Source: the human T2T-CHM13v2.0 reference genome, Homo sapiens
NCBI RefSeq assembly: GCF_009914755.1
Contig: NC_060929.1
Strand: one strand, 5' to 3'
DNA length: 64,000 nt
Shown here: piece after piece, positions 11,790-25,057 of the stretch
Layout of the letters: each line of letters opens with the position of its first letter
How positions within the stretch are numbered: the stretch's first letter is position 1
Position numbers and translations under genes: made by a program
The notes under the pieces: model-generated
Databases searched by the model: none
What the model was told of the DNA's origin: nothing
Seen by the model: the letters and a program-made list of their open reading frames with translations, nothing else

Positions 11790-13080
11790 TGTCCTCATGG
11801 TCTTCAGGGTGTTGCAGAATCTAGCCCTGCCTTTCTTTCCAGCCTCATGTATCCATACTCCTTCTTTCCTGAAGCACAGGCCTCCCCTTTCTCATTTTCT
11901 TTTGGACACCGAGCTCCTTCTCTTCTTCCCCGACATAGGGCCTTTGCAGAGGCTGTTCCCTCCACTGAGAACACTTCCTCTCCTCTCTGCCTTGCTGGTA
12001 CCTACACCTTTGTAATTGCCTGATAGGTTCTTCTTGCCCGCTACACAGAGAAAACCAATTCACCAAGACTGTGATATTATAGTAGAAAAAGAGTTTAATG
12101 CGGAGCTAGCCAAGTGGTCAGACAGGAGTTTTCTTGCTCAAATCAGCCTCCCTGAGAATTCAGAGGCTAGGGATTTTATGGATAATTGGGTGGTCAGGGG
12201 CCTAAGGAATGGGTGCCACTGATTGGTGGGGGATAAAATCATAGGGCTGTGAAAAAGGGTCCTCATGTACTCAGTCCTCCTCTGGGTAGGGGCCACAGGA
12301 CTGGTTGAGTTGTGAGTCCCAGGTCCAAGTGGAGTCAGTCAGGGGCTTGATGTGCAGGTCTGAAGATATCTCAAAAGATCAATCTTAGGTTCTACAATAG
12401 TGATGTTATCTATAGGAGCAATAGATAGAATAGGGAAAGTCACAAATCTTGTTACCTCTGGTCACATGACTCCTGAGCAGCAAGGAATCAGAGAAAGGCA
12501 AGCTGGTAGACAATGGCTGGTTATTGTTTAGCTACACCTACATTTTAGCCGAATTCAGACCCCTCCCATAATCCTAATCTTGTGGCTTTTCATTAGACTC
12601 ACAAAGGTGGTTTTGGTCCCTGAGCAAGGAAAGGGATCATTTTAAAGAGGGAACTTCCCCTCCTTTCTTCCCCCCTCATCCTTCTTTCAAAGTTTAACTA
12701 TAAACTAAGTTCTTCCCGTAGTTGGTTTGACCTGGGTCCAGGAATGAGTGAAGACAGCCAGCCTGTGAAGCTAGAGGCAAGATGGAGTCACCCATGCTAG
12801 ACTTCCCTCGCTGTCATAACCTTTACAAAGGTGGTTTTACCTTTGCCCCCTGCAAAGGCCTTCACTGTTCAACCAATCTAAAGTGATTCTTAAACCACTC
12901 CACTCTTATCCTTCTTAATCTTACCACAGTTTATTAGATACTTATTTTTTTTCATCTGTCTCTTTCAATAGACTTTAATCTCCACAAGGGTAGACTATGC
13001 CCACTCATCATAAAACTCCAAACATATAACACAGTGTCTGGCAAATGGAAGGCACCCATAAGTATTTGTTGAATAAAGAA
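11790..13080 (+). mobile_element. L2 fragment interrupted by the LTR8-family element
   Basis: agggcctttgcagaggctgttccctcc before the LTR; acacagtgtctggcaaatggaaggcacccataagtatttgttgaataaa L2 tail after it. Confidence 0.65.
12011..12839 (-). mobile_element. ERV1 solo LTR, LTR8 family (LTR8A/B-like)
   Basis: tgtaattgcctgataggttcttcttgccc...gtcataacctttacaaaggtggtttta termini; 4-bp TSD CCTT at 12007-12010 and 12840-12843. Confidence 0.85.
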
Positions 13081-14008
13081 ATTATCACAAACTCCAACTT
13101 AGTGGGATCTGAATTAATGATCCATAACCCACAATCACCAAAGCATGCACATGAGCAGTTTTCTGAGCTAGTCCTGCTGAAGCAACTACAGGAAGGACTC
13201 AAGCTCTAAAGCATTTCATCACTGTCACCATATTCAGAGATGGCCTCCCTGGTGCCTGCCAAGAGAAGGTATCTAGCTCCAGGCCACAGGGCCCCTTGTC
13301 ACTTTGCTGTCTACTTGGGAATTCCTCACAGTGATGGAAAGTTTGAGCTGGGTCTCCTCCTTTCCTTCAGGTCAATGTCACTGTTCCGAAGCTAGACTTG
13401 CAGTTCACTGGGAAGCATGACACCACAGCACCTCCAGCTGTGGACGCATCATGGACAAGCCAGGCTGAGAGGAGAACTTCTCATTACTTGCAGCACAGCA
13501 ACATTGGGTTCAATGTATGCCCATGAAAAACCTCATTTAAGAGAATGCCTTGGAAAGGTGCCAAGGTCCCCAAACTAATTAACTTTCATCTCTCCTGGCC
13601 CTCTGCACCCTCTCTCCATGAGGAACATTAAACATAGAACATCAGCTTGAGAACACTCTATTTAAAGCAAAAGTCCTTCTAAAGATAGCCTTGAATGTCC
13701 ATCTAAATCATCCTAAGTCCATTTTCTGGCCCAGAATCCACAAGGCCAGCGCCCCCGATGGGCCCTACTATGGTGGCTTATATCCATAAAGAATGTCTTT
13801 CACGGTTCATTGGTTGGATTAATCTGATATAAAGTGTCTAAACTGAAAACCTCTGGGTTCGGATCTTGATGAGTTTTGGCAGAACAGCAAGTAAGTGACA
13901 GTAGATTTATTAAATAACAAAGGAAAAGGAAAGTGATTAAAGAAAAATTAAAATGAAGTAAAAGTGGGAAAGTTCAATCTCATAACTTTTATAAAAGAAG
14001 ATTATATC

Positions 14009-14895
<887 letters not shown>

Positions 14896-15773
14896 CTAGG
14901 AATTTTGTACTCAAGATGGGCAATTTAACATCTTCAGTGAATTGCAGGGGGGCTCAGGTTTGTCATTTTCTCAATGTTTAGGGAGAGATGTGCTCTAGCA
15001 ATTCACACCTGAGTGCTGCCCAGCAAGATCTGATCCCTAATGGAAATCACACCTAGTAATTATCTATTCAAAATAGGCACACCTACCTCAACCTCCTCTT
15101 TCTAATCCACTGAAATCCGATGTAGGAAATATACCAATATGTACATTCCTTAATAAGCAAGGATACCAATAAATACAGCAACTGCAGCCCCATTATTCTG
15201 GGCAGAACTGCAGAGAAGGGCAGTACACTTAATGCCATTTTACTGGAAATGGAAGCAGGAAATCGGAGGGCATTGCTAATCAATCCCTGGCCCTACCATT
15301 CCCAGCTTCGCAGACGCTTGACTTATTAGCATCTGAGCATGTGCACATCCTGGGAATTCAACCATAAAACATTCTCCATCTCCTACAGATAAAACATGGC
15401 TCAAAAAAAAGATGGTGATCCAGTGCTTTGGGGTCAATGGAAAATATGAACTGCCCCCTCTGGAAGCGCTTTTTTTGTTGTTTTTTGTTGTTGTTGTTGT
15501 TTTTCTTCAGCAAGTGCAGCCTGGAGGGGAGATGCCAAGCTCCCAGGGCAGAGGCTCTGGTTCTTGAGGGCACATCTAGAAACTACCAGGCCAGGCAGGA
15601 GGTAGGAGTCTCACTGGTTGACCTTGCCAGGTAAACCTGCCCCACTCACCCCCATCTTCAGATGGTACTGAAAGCAAGGCTTAAATGAAAAATGGGAAAA
15701 CAAGGCAGAACAAGATGAGTGTGACACATTTTACTGGCAGTCTTCTTTTGTTATTTTTAAAAATGTATTCGTA

Positions 15774-16136
<363 letters not shown>

Positions 16137-16759
16137 TCATTCTGTTCCTTAATCCAAGGGACTAAAAATTCCACATAATTATTCACATCTCCATTATGAA
16201 TTGCTTTTTACTCTCTGCTGCTTGTCATCAAGGTCATCTAATCAATAGTCTTCGTTTCAGAGAGAAAAACAAAGGAACAGAGGAGTTAAGTGGCTTGAGA
16301 GTTATAAAACCTTGTTCAGTGAAGGCTCCACAAACAGCTAGGTCCTTAACCTGAGCACAGCCATAAAGTGATTCTGCTGTTTAAAAAAAAGAGAGAGGCG
16401 ATTGTGGGTTTAAAGTAATTAAATATCTCTATGTTTAAGTGACATGTGGTTTGAATGATTACTTTCAGAAAAGCCAAGAAGGGGAAAAATGAACTCAGAA
16501 TTATTGCTTTGGGCACAGAAAGAAGAAATAGGTTTAATACCAGGGCATGGACTAGTTGCTTTGCGAGGGGCAAGGATTAGGAGAAAAGGTCCCAGGCATC
16601 TGTACAGCAGCACCTCTAGGGCCAGGAGCAGATGGGCTGGGGGTGGGGGGGGTAGCGGGGGGTGGCAGTTATCACTAAGGGAAATGTACATCAGGCCCCT
16701 GGGAGCTTGCCCCATGACTCCACAGCAGAGGAGGCTGTGCAGCATAGGCAACAGGCATG

Positions 16760-16960
16760 GACTCTGGAAGTGCAGTGACCTCCACTGTGGTTCTAATCTT
16801 CCCCTTACTGGCAGTGTCCAATTAGGACAGTTATTTACACAACCTCAACAATCCCATCTGTAAAATGGGTATTATAATACTGACCTAGCAGACTGTTGTG
16901 AGAAGTCAGTAAGATTTCTCCTGCAAAGTGTGCCTAACACAAGATAGGTGGTCAGTAAGC
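16760..16960 (+). mobile_element. MIR
   Basis: catctgtaaaatgggtattataatactgacct...gttgtgag. Confidence 0.75.
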
Positions 16961-18339
16961 AGCAACCTTGAGCCAGCCACTTTCCTTCTCATCTTCTTTA
17001 CTGTCCAGTGGTATTTATTTGCAGAACAGTAGACCACAGTGATGATGTTTCTGTTTACAAAGATGACTACTCTGAAGAGGGAAACCCAAAACTCCATGCA
17101 TTAATTCCACAATCAGTGTAGGAATATAGCACCAAGCTCTCACTGGCACCCTATCCAGACCCAGAACACAGTAAATGAAGATCCTCTGAGCTTAATGGAG
17201 AACCCCAAAGCAATGCATGAGCCACTTGGAGAAGGGGCATAAGCTACATAAATATAAAATCATAGTAATGAATGTGGGCACAATCACTCTTTGGTCACTG
17301 GCAATGCCTTGACTTGTGAAGTGCCAGAAAGCCAACCAGACACCCAGGAATTACCCAACTCCTGCATGGCCACGTGTCTTCCAAACCTCGACAGCTATGT
17401 GTATGTGTAATCAACCAGTTCAAAGCCCCTGTAGCAGGAGGCAGTGCTTTGTTGTAAAACAAAACTGAGATGAAATAACCGTCATCCTTTCAAATCTCCT
17501 CTGAGAGTTTGGTATTTGAGGCACATTCTGTGATGTACTTCTCTCTGACCTCGAACACTTTGATTCTTTTTCTCAAGTTCACATAAAAGACTGAAAACTC
17601 TCAGATCGGTCTACTGTATCGAGAGCCTCGACTGGATCTGAATTCTTTGCTGGTGTGGAGAATTAGTTGTTATTCCAGATAGTTAAGAAGTGGAGATAAA
17701 GGGCCATTACATTAGAGAGGCCCAGCCCATTGGGAAGTCGGGCCATGTCTGCTCCTTATTTAAAAACAGATTAGTTCCCACTGCTCCCCAGAGGCTTCGA
17801 AGGGTACACTTAGATATTGTAAGTTCCATCCTGACATCCCTCCCTCCCATTCACAATACACTTGCAGAATTTGAGAATGTGGCTTGTCTGGAAGGCTTAA
17901 AACAAATGCTTCAATTTTCCATTCTCCAAATGAAAATCAATGGCAACAGAGAGGTAAAATCAATGTTCAGCACTCTGTAGGGAAACCTCCACCCTCTGCC
18001 CCACGATCTCCCACCCCACAGAACAATAAATCAGAACCAGCCATGCAGACTAGCAGAAAATCCCTGAGGGCAGAGCCCTCTGCATGCTTAAAGACTTTCT
18101 GTTTGTCCCCCTGTCCCCTAAGAGAACATTTTTCTTAAGAATGCCTATGAGAATGTTGCTAAAACCTAAGTCAGGAAGAATAGCACAAGGTTGTAATAAA
18201 AACCCTTCTTCCGCAAACAAACCCATTTACCAATGGGATCCTGGGCATCTAAGACCAGAGTGTGACTTAACTGTCTCCCAAAGGGTCTACTTTATGATCG
18301 AGGCTTACAGAATGCTTAGGCACTCAATGATCACTACTC

Positions 18340-18975
18340 TGAGGACAAATAACCTGCTTTCTGTCATCACAGATTGGTCTGTATTCTCTACAATTTCAAG
18401 TAAATGGAAATTGTATAGTATCTCCCCCTTTTTGTGGGAGGTTTGTCTTCTTTCACCCTGCCTAATTATTATCAGATTCATCCATTATGTTGGATGTATC
18501 AATAGCCTATTTCTTTTTATTGCTGAATAGTAATCCATTATGAGATAGACCACAATCTGTCTACTCATTCATCTCTTGTTGACATTTGGGTTGTTTCACA
18601 GTTTTTATCCATCACACATAAAGCTGATATGAACATGCAGGAGGGAGTCTTTAAATGCACATATGCTTTCATTATATTTTACAATCAAATCTTTTGTTGT
18701 ACATGTTTTGCAAATATTTTCACTCAGAGTGACTTGTCTTTTTCATTTTTGTAAAAGTGCCTTTAGAAGACCAGTGATGAAGTCTAATTTGTTGCTTTTC
18801 TTTTTGCATTACAGTTCAGGCTTTTTGTGTCCTACTTAAGAAATCTTAGTCAAACTCAAGGTCATAACTCCTATGTTTTCTTCGAAGCCTTCTTCCAAGA
18901 CTTCTAAAAAAGCCTAAGCTCTTATATTTAGGTCTACGACTCATTTCAAGTTATTTTTTGTATAGTATGTTATAT
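18340..18975 (-). mobile_element. Old L1 (L1ME/MC-like) 3' fragment
   Basis: agattcatccattatgttggatgtatcaatagc...tttttattgctgaatagtaatccatt...gacatttgggttgtttc. Confidence 0.8.
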
Positions 18976-18998
18976 AATGATTAAAATGTATAACTATA

Positions 18999-19087
18999 TT
19001 GCTTGAGCCCAGGAGTTCAAGGTTACAGTGAGCTATGATCGCTCCACTGCCCTTCACCCAGATGATGGAGACTGTCTCAAAAAAAAA
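18999..19087 (+). mobile_element. Truncated Alu monomer (FLAM/FAM/AluJ-like)
   Basis: ttgcttgagcccaggagttcaaggttacagtgagctatgatcgctccactgc plus A tail. Confidence 0.85.
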
Positions 19088-20779
19088 TTATATCTATAAA
19101 TAATTTGTAGTATCATTAAAATACTCACTTATAAAAATTAACTAAAGAGGATGTAATAGAAATTTTTATATGCAATATAGGAACCACTTGATCAGTTTTG
19201 ACAAAAACACACCAATAGACAAAACCCATGATTTGAAAAAAGAATGGAAGAAAATATTCCACAATATTTTAATTACTGTTTTTAGAGAGTGTGACCATTG
19301 CCTATTTCTTGTTTCTTTTTTTCTCTACTTTTAATGTTTTCTATAACAAGCATCAACTATCATTACACCAAACTAAATTAAAAATTATTTTAAAGTAGCT
19401 TAAGAGAAGGCTTCCTGACTCCCAGCTGTCTTCACACTGCTCTTTTGTGCATAACTGGCCCTTTTAGAGAACTTGAAAGATGAACATACTACAAAAATCT
19501 GTCCCTTGCAACCCCACTCTACATTGTTTAACAGCAGGAAGGTGTGAAACAAAGAATTTCCAAAGAGAATTCTCCAAAGAGAATATGAGTTTACCTGAAA
19601 CCAAATACAAATGCCACCCTAATCAAGGAGAAGAATTCCAGCAGGGGAGGGCTGGCTGCCTTGCTTGGCCCCCCACTGAAATTGCTTGCCTGCCGGCCCT
19701 GACACACTGCAGTCACAGATGTGTGTGTCAAACAGCTTCTCTGCTCACTCAATCTCCACAGACAAAGAAAGCTAATGAAATTCTCTCACTGACGTGCTCA
19801 CTGTCCTTCTGTCTTGATCTGCTTGCAAAGATAGCCTAAGTCTGGAGCCTCATAATCAGCTAAAGCCTGGCCTGGCTAACTCTCTGTGTGCACTCATGAC
19901 TGTCTGGCAGGTGAGATTTGCCTCTTAAGCTGCTGCAGAGGCCAACTTGGCTGGCAAGAGTGCCTACAGATGTTTCACAGAGAGAAAGATTACTTCCCTG
20001 ATTGATGAATAAATAGAGTTGTCAACATGGTCTCCCTGGTCAGAGGGGACTCCTGGAGTATAATGTGGAAGGACAGATGTTTCTTCTGGGAAGGTGTCCA
20101 AGACCCTTCAAAGAGGTATGCACTCAACTGATATCGTGGACTGAGTAATTCAGCCTCTAAGAGGAAGAGAAGGAAGGCTGGACATAACAACCACAACAAA
20201 CACACTCAGGGACTTCCTGGACCAGGCCACCTCCCAGATCTTGATAAAGGAGTGGGCACACCATCTCAGCCAGTGCCTCCTCCTTGGGCTTTTTCCATTG
20301 AACCAGTGGGCCCAATTATCAGAAATCCCATCATCTTCTTAGTCTACACCTGCTGTGAATTGCAAAGGGGGCAGCAGAAATGACACTGTCATCCTCACGC
20401 TAAACCTCAAAGGCTTCCTCTTGCAGAAACTGCAGACGCAGGTGCAATCAAACTGGGTAGGGACCAAGGCACCTGTAGTGAATTACTTTTTAGTCAGTAA
20501 CTTGCAACTTTGGAGATTTCTGGCTGACCTTCCGAAATGAAGTAGATAATAATAACTATTATCATAATTGTCTCAGTAATTGTACGAACAGCTGCTATTA
20601 TTTGACAATAGACTATGTACTTTACACACCATCATTTTATTGAACACTCAAACACACACACACACACAAAATACTCTGCAAGGATTCATAAAATTTATCA
20701 TCCATAAACCCTCCCTGTAAGAATTACTAGAGGATGTGTTCCAGCAAATGAAAAAGAGGAATGGTAGAAGCACTGTCAT

Positions 20780-20920
20780 TAAACCTATTTAACAGATAAG
20801 GAAGCACAAATTCAGAAAGATAAAATAACTTGCCAAGGCCACTTGGAAAAGGAAATAGCCAACCTGGGAATTGAGCCCAGATGGGTCTCCTTCCCAAATC
20901 CATGCTCTCACCCACTGTAA
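20780..20920 (-). mobile_element. MIR
   Basis: acagataaggaagcac...aataacttgccaaggccac...gggaattgagcccag. Confidence 0.7.
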
Positions 20921-21176
20921 TTTTATGGTCACCAGGAGATGTGGGAGATGAGGATTACAATTTTCAACACAAGCAAAAGTGTTGGTGCTTCCAACACAGA
21001 AACACGGCATGCCCAGAAAAACACCATTTACACCTGGATATGCCTGAATATCAATGAGGCTGCTGAATAGGTCTCAAACCGATTTGAGTTTAAAACCAAA
21101 AATGTCTTGTCTAACACTTCCAGAAAGGGCTATATCCTGCATTGTAGGAGGAAACATGCAATGGACTCTCCATCTT

Positions 21177-21226
21177 ACACACACAAACATACACACACAC
21201 ACACACACACACACACCACACACACA
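21177..21226 (+). repeat. Interrupted (CA)n microsatellite
   Basis: Direct inspection. Confidence 0.9.
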
Positions 21227-21579
21227 TGGCTAAACAACCTAGAGCACCATCCCAAAGGGTATTTGGGTATTTTTAATTCATATGGCCACATCTTCCCTCC
21301 ATCCGAGAAGAAAGACATTGCATGTAGCAGGAGATTCTAGGCTAGTTTTCTCAGATAATATATACCTTAAAAGGAACTTCAAATAATAACCCCCCCCCCC
21401 AAAAAAAAAGTGGTATTTTTTTACATACCACTCCCCAATGAACTTGACTTTCCTTGAGGGTAGGAATAGGGTCTCTTGTTTACCTCTGTAGCCTTAGTGC
21501 CTAAGGCCTCAATACCTTTTCGTTGAATGTCAATGAATGGATGAGCAGACAATGACAGGTAGAATGAAGACATCAACAT

Positions 21580-21760
21580 ATTGTAGTAGTGAAAACCATA
21601 AGCTTTGGAGGCAGACAATCCTGGGTTTGAATCATGCTGCTGCTTGCAAACAAATTACTAATGCCTCACTAGCTTCAGTCCTCTCATTTGTAAAGCAGAG
21701 ACAAAATAAATACCAAATTTACAAAATGGCTGAAAGAACTCAAGGAAACAGGTGCTGAGC
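21580..21760 (+). mobile_element. MIR
   Basis: gctttggaggcagacaatcctgggtttgaatc...gcttcagtcctctcatttgtaaa. Confidence 0.7.
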
Positions 21761-23267
21761 ACAATGCTTGCACAGGCTGAAGTATTCCAGGGATGCAATC
21801 TAGCTTTACTACCAGGAAAACAGTTCAGTCTGGGGACAGAGAAAAGCACATTATGATACCTTGCATCTTGCTCTTGTAGAGACAAAGTCTGATTATTTTA
21901 AAAACAACCTTGACAGTGACCTCAGAGCAAGATGACCCTGGATGCTAGGTCTATTGTTGCAGGTGCCAGGCTTAGAGAGGCCAGAGGGGTATGGGGTGGG
22001 GGCTGCTCTAGATGCTCACCTCATGCCAGGAGCACCATTTCTCTGCCAGACCATGATTTCAGAGGGCAGGAGCTCCCTAGGCACATTCAGAGGAAACCAT
22101 TTACAGGATTGAGGGAAATTAAAACATACCCCCAGAGGAACAGCCAAGGGGACCAGCATTGCTTGGACTTCAGGAACAGAGGGAAGGGATAGGACCCATT
22201 CTGCATGGTCCCAGCTCAAGCTGGAGATATAAAGCAAAAGTTCTCGGTGGGGAGCCGATTTAAGTGGGAATCTTTATTTATCTAAATTCAGAAAGGTTGC
22301 TTTATTTGTCTGAGGTCATGGTACAGTGCCGGTGAGCAGCAAAGCATACTACCCACTTGGGAACTGGACATGGGCAACTCCAAAGCCCCACTGCGACACC
22401 TCTCAATTGTACAGGCAGCACAGGGAGAAGTGCAGAATATGCACTGAAATTGCCTTCCTCTCATCCCTGCCCCATCTGACTCCCTTCTTAAAGAAAGCCC
22501 GTTTGCATGTGTATGTTTGTTTGCTTTCATGCTTCAGGTATTTTTGCAGGACCAAAGGCAGAAGCAGTCTGAATTGAAAGCCTGTATCCATCATTTGTGA
22601 AAGCCTAAATCCACTGGATAGATGATGCTGGGAGTGGAATTAGGGGTAAAAGCAATGGCTTTAAGGACCCTGAAGAAGATGGGGGATACTTCCCCCTGGG
22701 CTGGGGAAAAGAGGATATCAGGGGCTGTACCCTGAGGAAATAGCATGTTCCCAGAAGGAATGGTGGTGTGGTGGTCCTGAGAAGGCAGGACCCAAAAACC
22801 AAGGATGGCAAAGATGCTACATCCAATGGGGACATGGAAGCAGAGAGCCCTTGGGCCTCAATGGACCTCGAAGAATCATCACAGTGAGGTTGTTAGTGCA
22901 ACCAGGAGACTAAACACTTGGCCCCTGCTTTCTTAGTTGTAAGTTTCCTGGGTCGTGGCATCACTCTGGGAGGAGAAAATTCTCAATCATGACCAAGAAG
23001 GAATTTTCTGCTCATCTGTTCAGATCAGGACTCAGAGTCAAAATGAAGTAGATTTAAAGGAAATAAAGATGGACATTCTTTGTAAACCTGTGTTTGAGAA
23101 CTGAGATTCCTATCATAGTCAGAGTACAGGCACCAAACACCATACAAATGGCGACCCTAACACTATGCTCTCCCCTCCCCATATCCCCACGTCAAAGACT
23201 GGAAACCCTCAGATCTGCCAGCTGCAGAATGCCTCCCAGCCCCCAGCCCCCGGCCTTCCTGCCTTAC

Positions 23268-23382
23268 CTGGGGAGCAGGTGCTTGCGGCTGACACACAGG
23301 GCGGTCTGGTAGTCCTGGGTCACACACACTTTGTGAGGGCTGCATTTTACCTTCAGGCAGGGGTCCTTGGATGGGTCCAGGG
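23268..23382 (-). CDS. SPOCK1: Internal coding exon of testican-1 (SPARC/osteonectin, cwcv and kazal-like domains proteoglycan 1), follistatin N-terminal (FOLN) module; 115 nt, phase 1 to phase 2
   Basis: Minus strand reads cctgccctccttcttgtttttgcctcAG|cc ctg gac cca tcc aag gac ccc tgc ... ctg ctc ccc ag|GTAAGG. Open frame (A)LDPSKDPCLKVKCSPHKVCVTQDYQTALCVSRKHLLP(R) matches testican-1 as I recall it, with the four-Cys FOLN pattern. Strong acceptor and donor. Confidence 0.96.
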
Positions 23383-23420
23383 CTGAGGCAAAAACAAGAA
23401 GGAGGGCAGGGTTTAGGACC
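23383..23420 (-). promoter_or_regulatory. 3' splice site (polypyrimidine tract, putative branch region) of the SPOCK1 exon
   Basis: Minus strand cctaaaccctgccctccttcttgtttttgcctcag immediately before the exon. Confidence 0.85.
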
Positions 23421-23431
23421 TCCAGGGAAAT

Positions 23432-23435
<4 letters not shown>

Positions 23436-23462
<27 letters not shown>

Positions 23463-23747
23463 TTGAGACGGACTCTCGCTGTGTTGCCCAGACTGGTGTG
23501 CGGTGGCGCGATCTCAGCTCACTGCAACCTCCCCATCCTGGGTTCAAGTGATTTTCCTGCCTCAGCCTCCCAAAGTAGCTGGGACTAAAGGTGCACGCCA
23601 CCATACCCGGCTAATTTTTGTATTTTTAATAGAGATGGGGTTTCACCATGTTGGCCAGGCTGGTCTCAAACTCCCGACTTCAGATGATCCACCTGCCTCG
23701 ACCTCCCAAAGTGCTGGGATTACAGGCCTGAGCCACTGCACCGGGCC
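23436..23747 (-). mobile_element. AluS (Sx/Sz-like), sense to SPOCK1, just upstream of the exon acceptor
   Basis: T26 then reverse-complement Alu dimer ending gggcc; ttaattt on both sides. Confidence 0.96.
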
Positions 23748-24109
23748 TTAATTTCTATTTCTACTTAAATAAACAGATAGGAAGTAAACCAACCATGTGT
23801 TTGCCCTCGGTGCTGTTCTCTGAGGCTGGAGGGGAACAGAATGAAAGCCCAAGCCAGGGGAAATTCTGTGTCTATCACACATTCTTCCTCAACATCAGGG
23901 GAGCAATTCCTTTGTGCTTTGGGAGTTTCAGCATCTTCAGCTCAGGCAGGAATTACTTTTAAAAAATCCTTTAGAATCTCACATGATCCAAGAAACAAGA
24001 GCTACTTTTCCCTCTTTGGTTATGAATCTGGTGTTGCTTTTTATGACTTCATTCATGCCTAAGTTTACTTATTTCCTATGAAAAGTCCTTGAGGACAGAG
24101 TTTTTTGCT

Positions 24110-24520
24110 TCCATTCAATAAACACTATGTGCATAAACAACCTATTTTAAGTTTTTGAAGAACTTCAGGATATGTAAGACAGTTTTGTGCCGCACAAAGT
24201 TACAACATAACAGGGAGGGGGAAAAGCTTACACATAAATATTTATTGTGCAAGGCAGAATTAGATAAGGACCATGACGGGCATATAAAATGATAACAGAG
24301 CCCAAGAGAAAAATGGAGATCAATTTCTAGGGCAAGGATTGGTGAAGCATTAATATGTGAATTGGATCTTGAAGGATGGGCAGGATTTTGAAAAGCAAAG
24401 ATAGAAAATGCAATCCAGTCAGAGTGAACCGGCACAGAGAGTGTAGGGAGGCATGTTCAGGCAATCATAAGATACTCAATCTGACTATTAAGTGTGGTTT
24501 GTAGGGAGGCAGTAATGAGA
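24110..24520 (-). mobile_element. L2 fragment
   Basis: ggatcttgaaggatgggcaggattttgaaaagcaaag...gcatgttcaggcaatcataag. Confidence 0.55.
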
Positions 24521-25057
24521 CAAGAGGGGGTGAGGGGAGTTGATTCCAACAAAGTAACTCCAGAAAGGGTCTCCAAAGACAGCAGTTCATATATTGCAAC
24601 ATTTCCTGGAATAGGCTGAGCAGCAGGTCCTCAGCTAATCAGCACTCTGCGTGCTGAGGTGCACATGCTCATCATTGGCACAGAAGAGGCCTCGGGGAAT
24701 TCTCTGCAAAACAAAAGCAATTGTGCCATCTTCAAGCTCTGGGGCCTAAAGCCTATTAAGCAGTAAATCTTTCATAACTGCTCTCCACAGTCAGGGGAGG
24801 TGATGTCTCCCCATGTCCTCCCCATGCAAACATTTGGTTAAACAAATTGGCATCCTGAGCAGGTATAGCAAAACTTCTACAAGAAATGACATGGTCAAAA
24901 AACCAAACCAAAACAAACACAAAGAAATGTCACAGTGCCCTCAACCACTGGACTCTTAGCCATCCTGACTCCTCAGCATGTAGAGGACATCACTGTTCCT
25001 CTCCTCCTGCCCAGGCCCAGAATCTGCACACTACTTTCTTCAAATGCCTGCTGCGAA

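Noticed and set aside
13747-13765. CTCF-like motif (minus GGGCCCATCGGGGGCGCTG)
   Set aside because: The 3' half matches but two high-information core positions do not; unsupported without ChIP data
23094-23386. Three listed ORFs overlapping the SPOCK1 exon
   Set aside because: All are in the wrong frame or strand; the real reading frame is the spliced LDPSKDPC... frame
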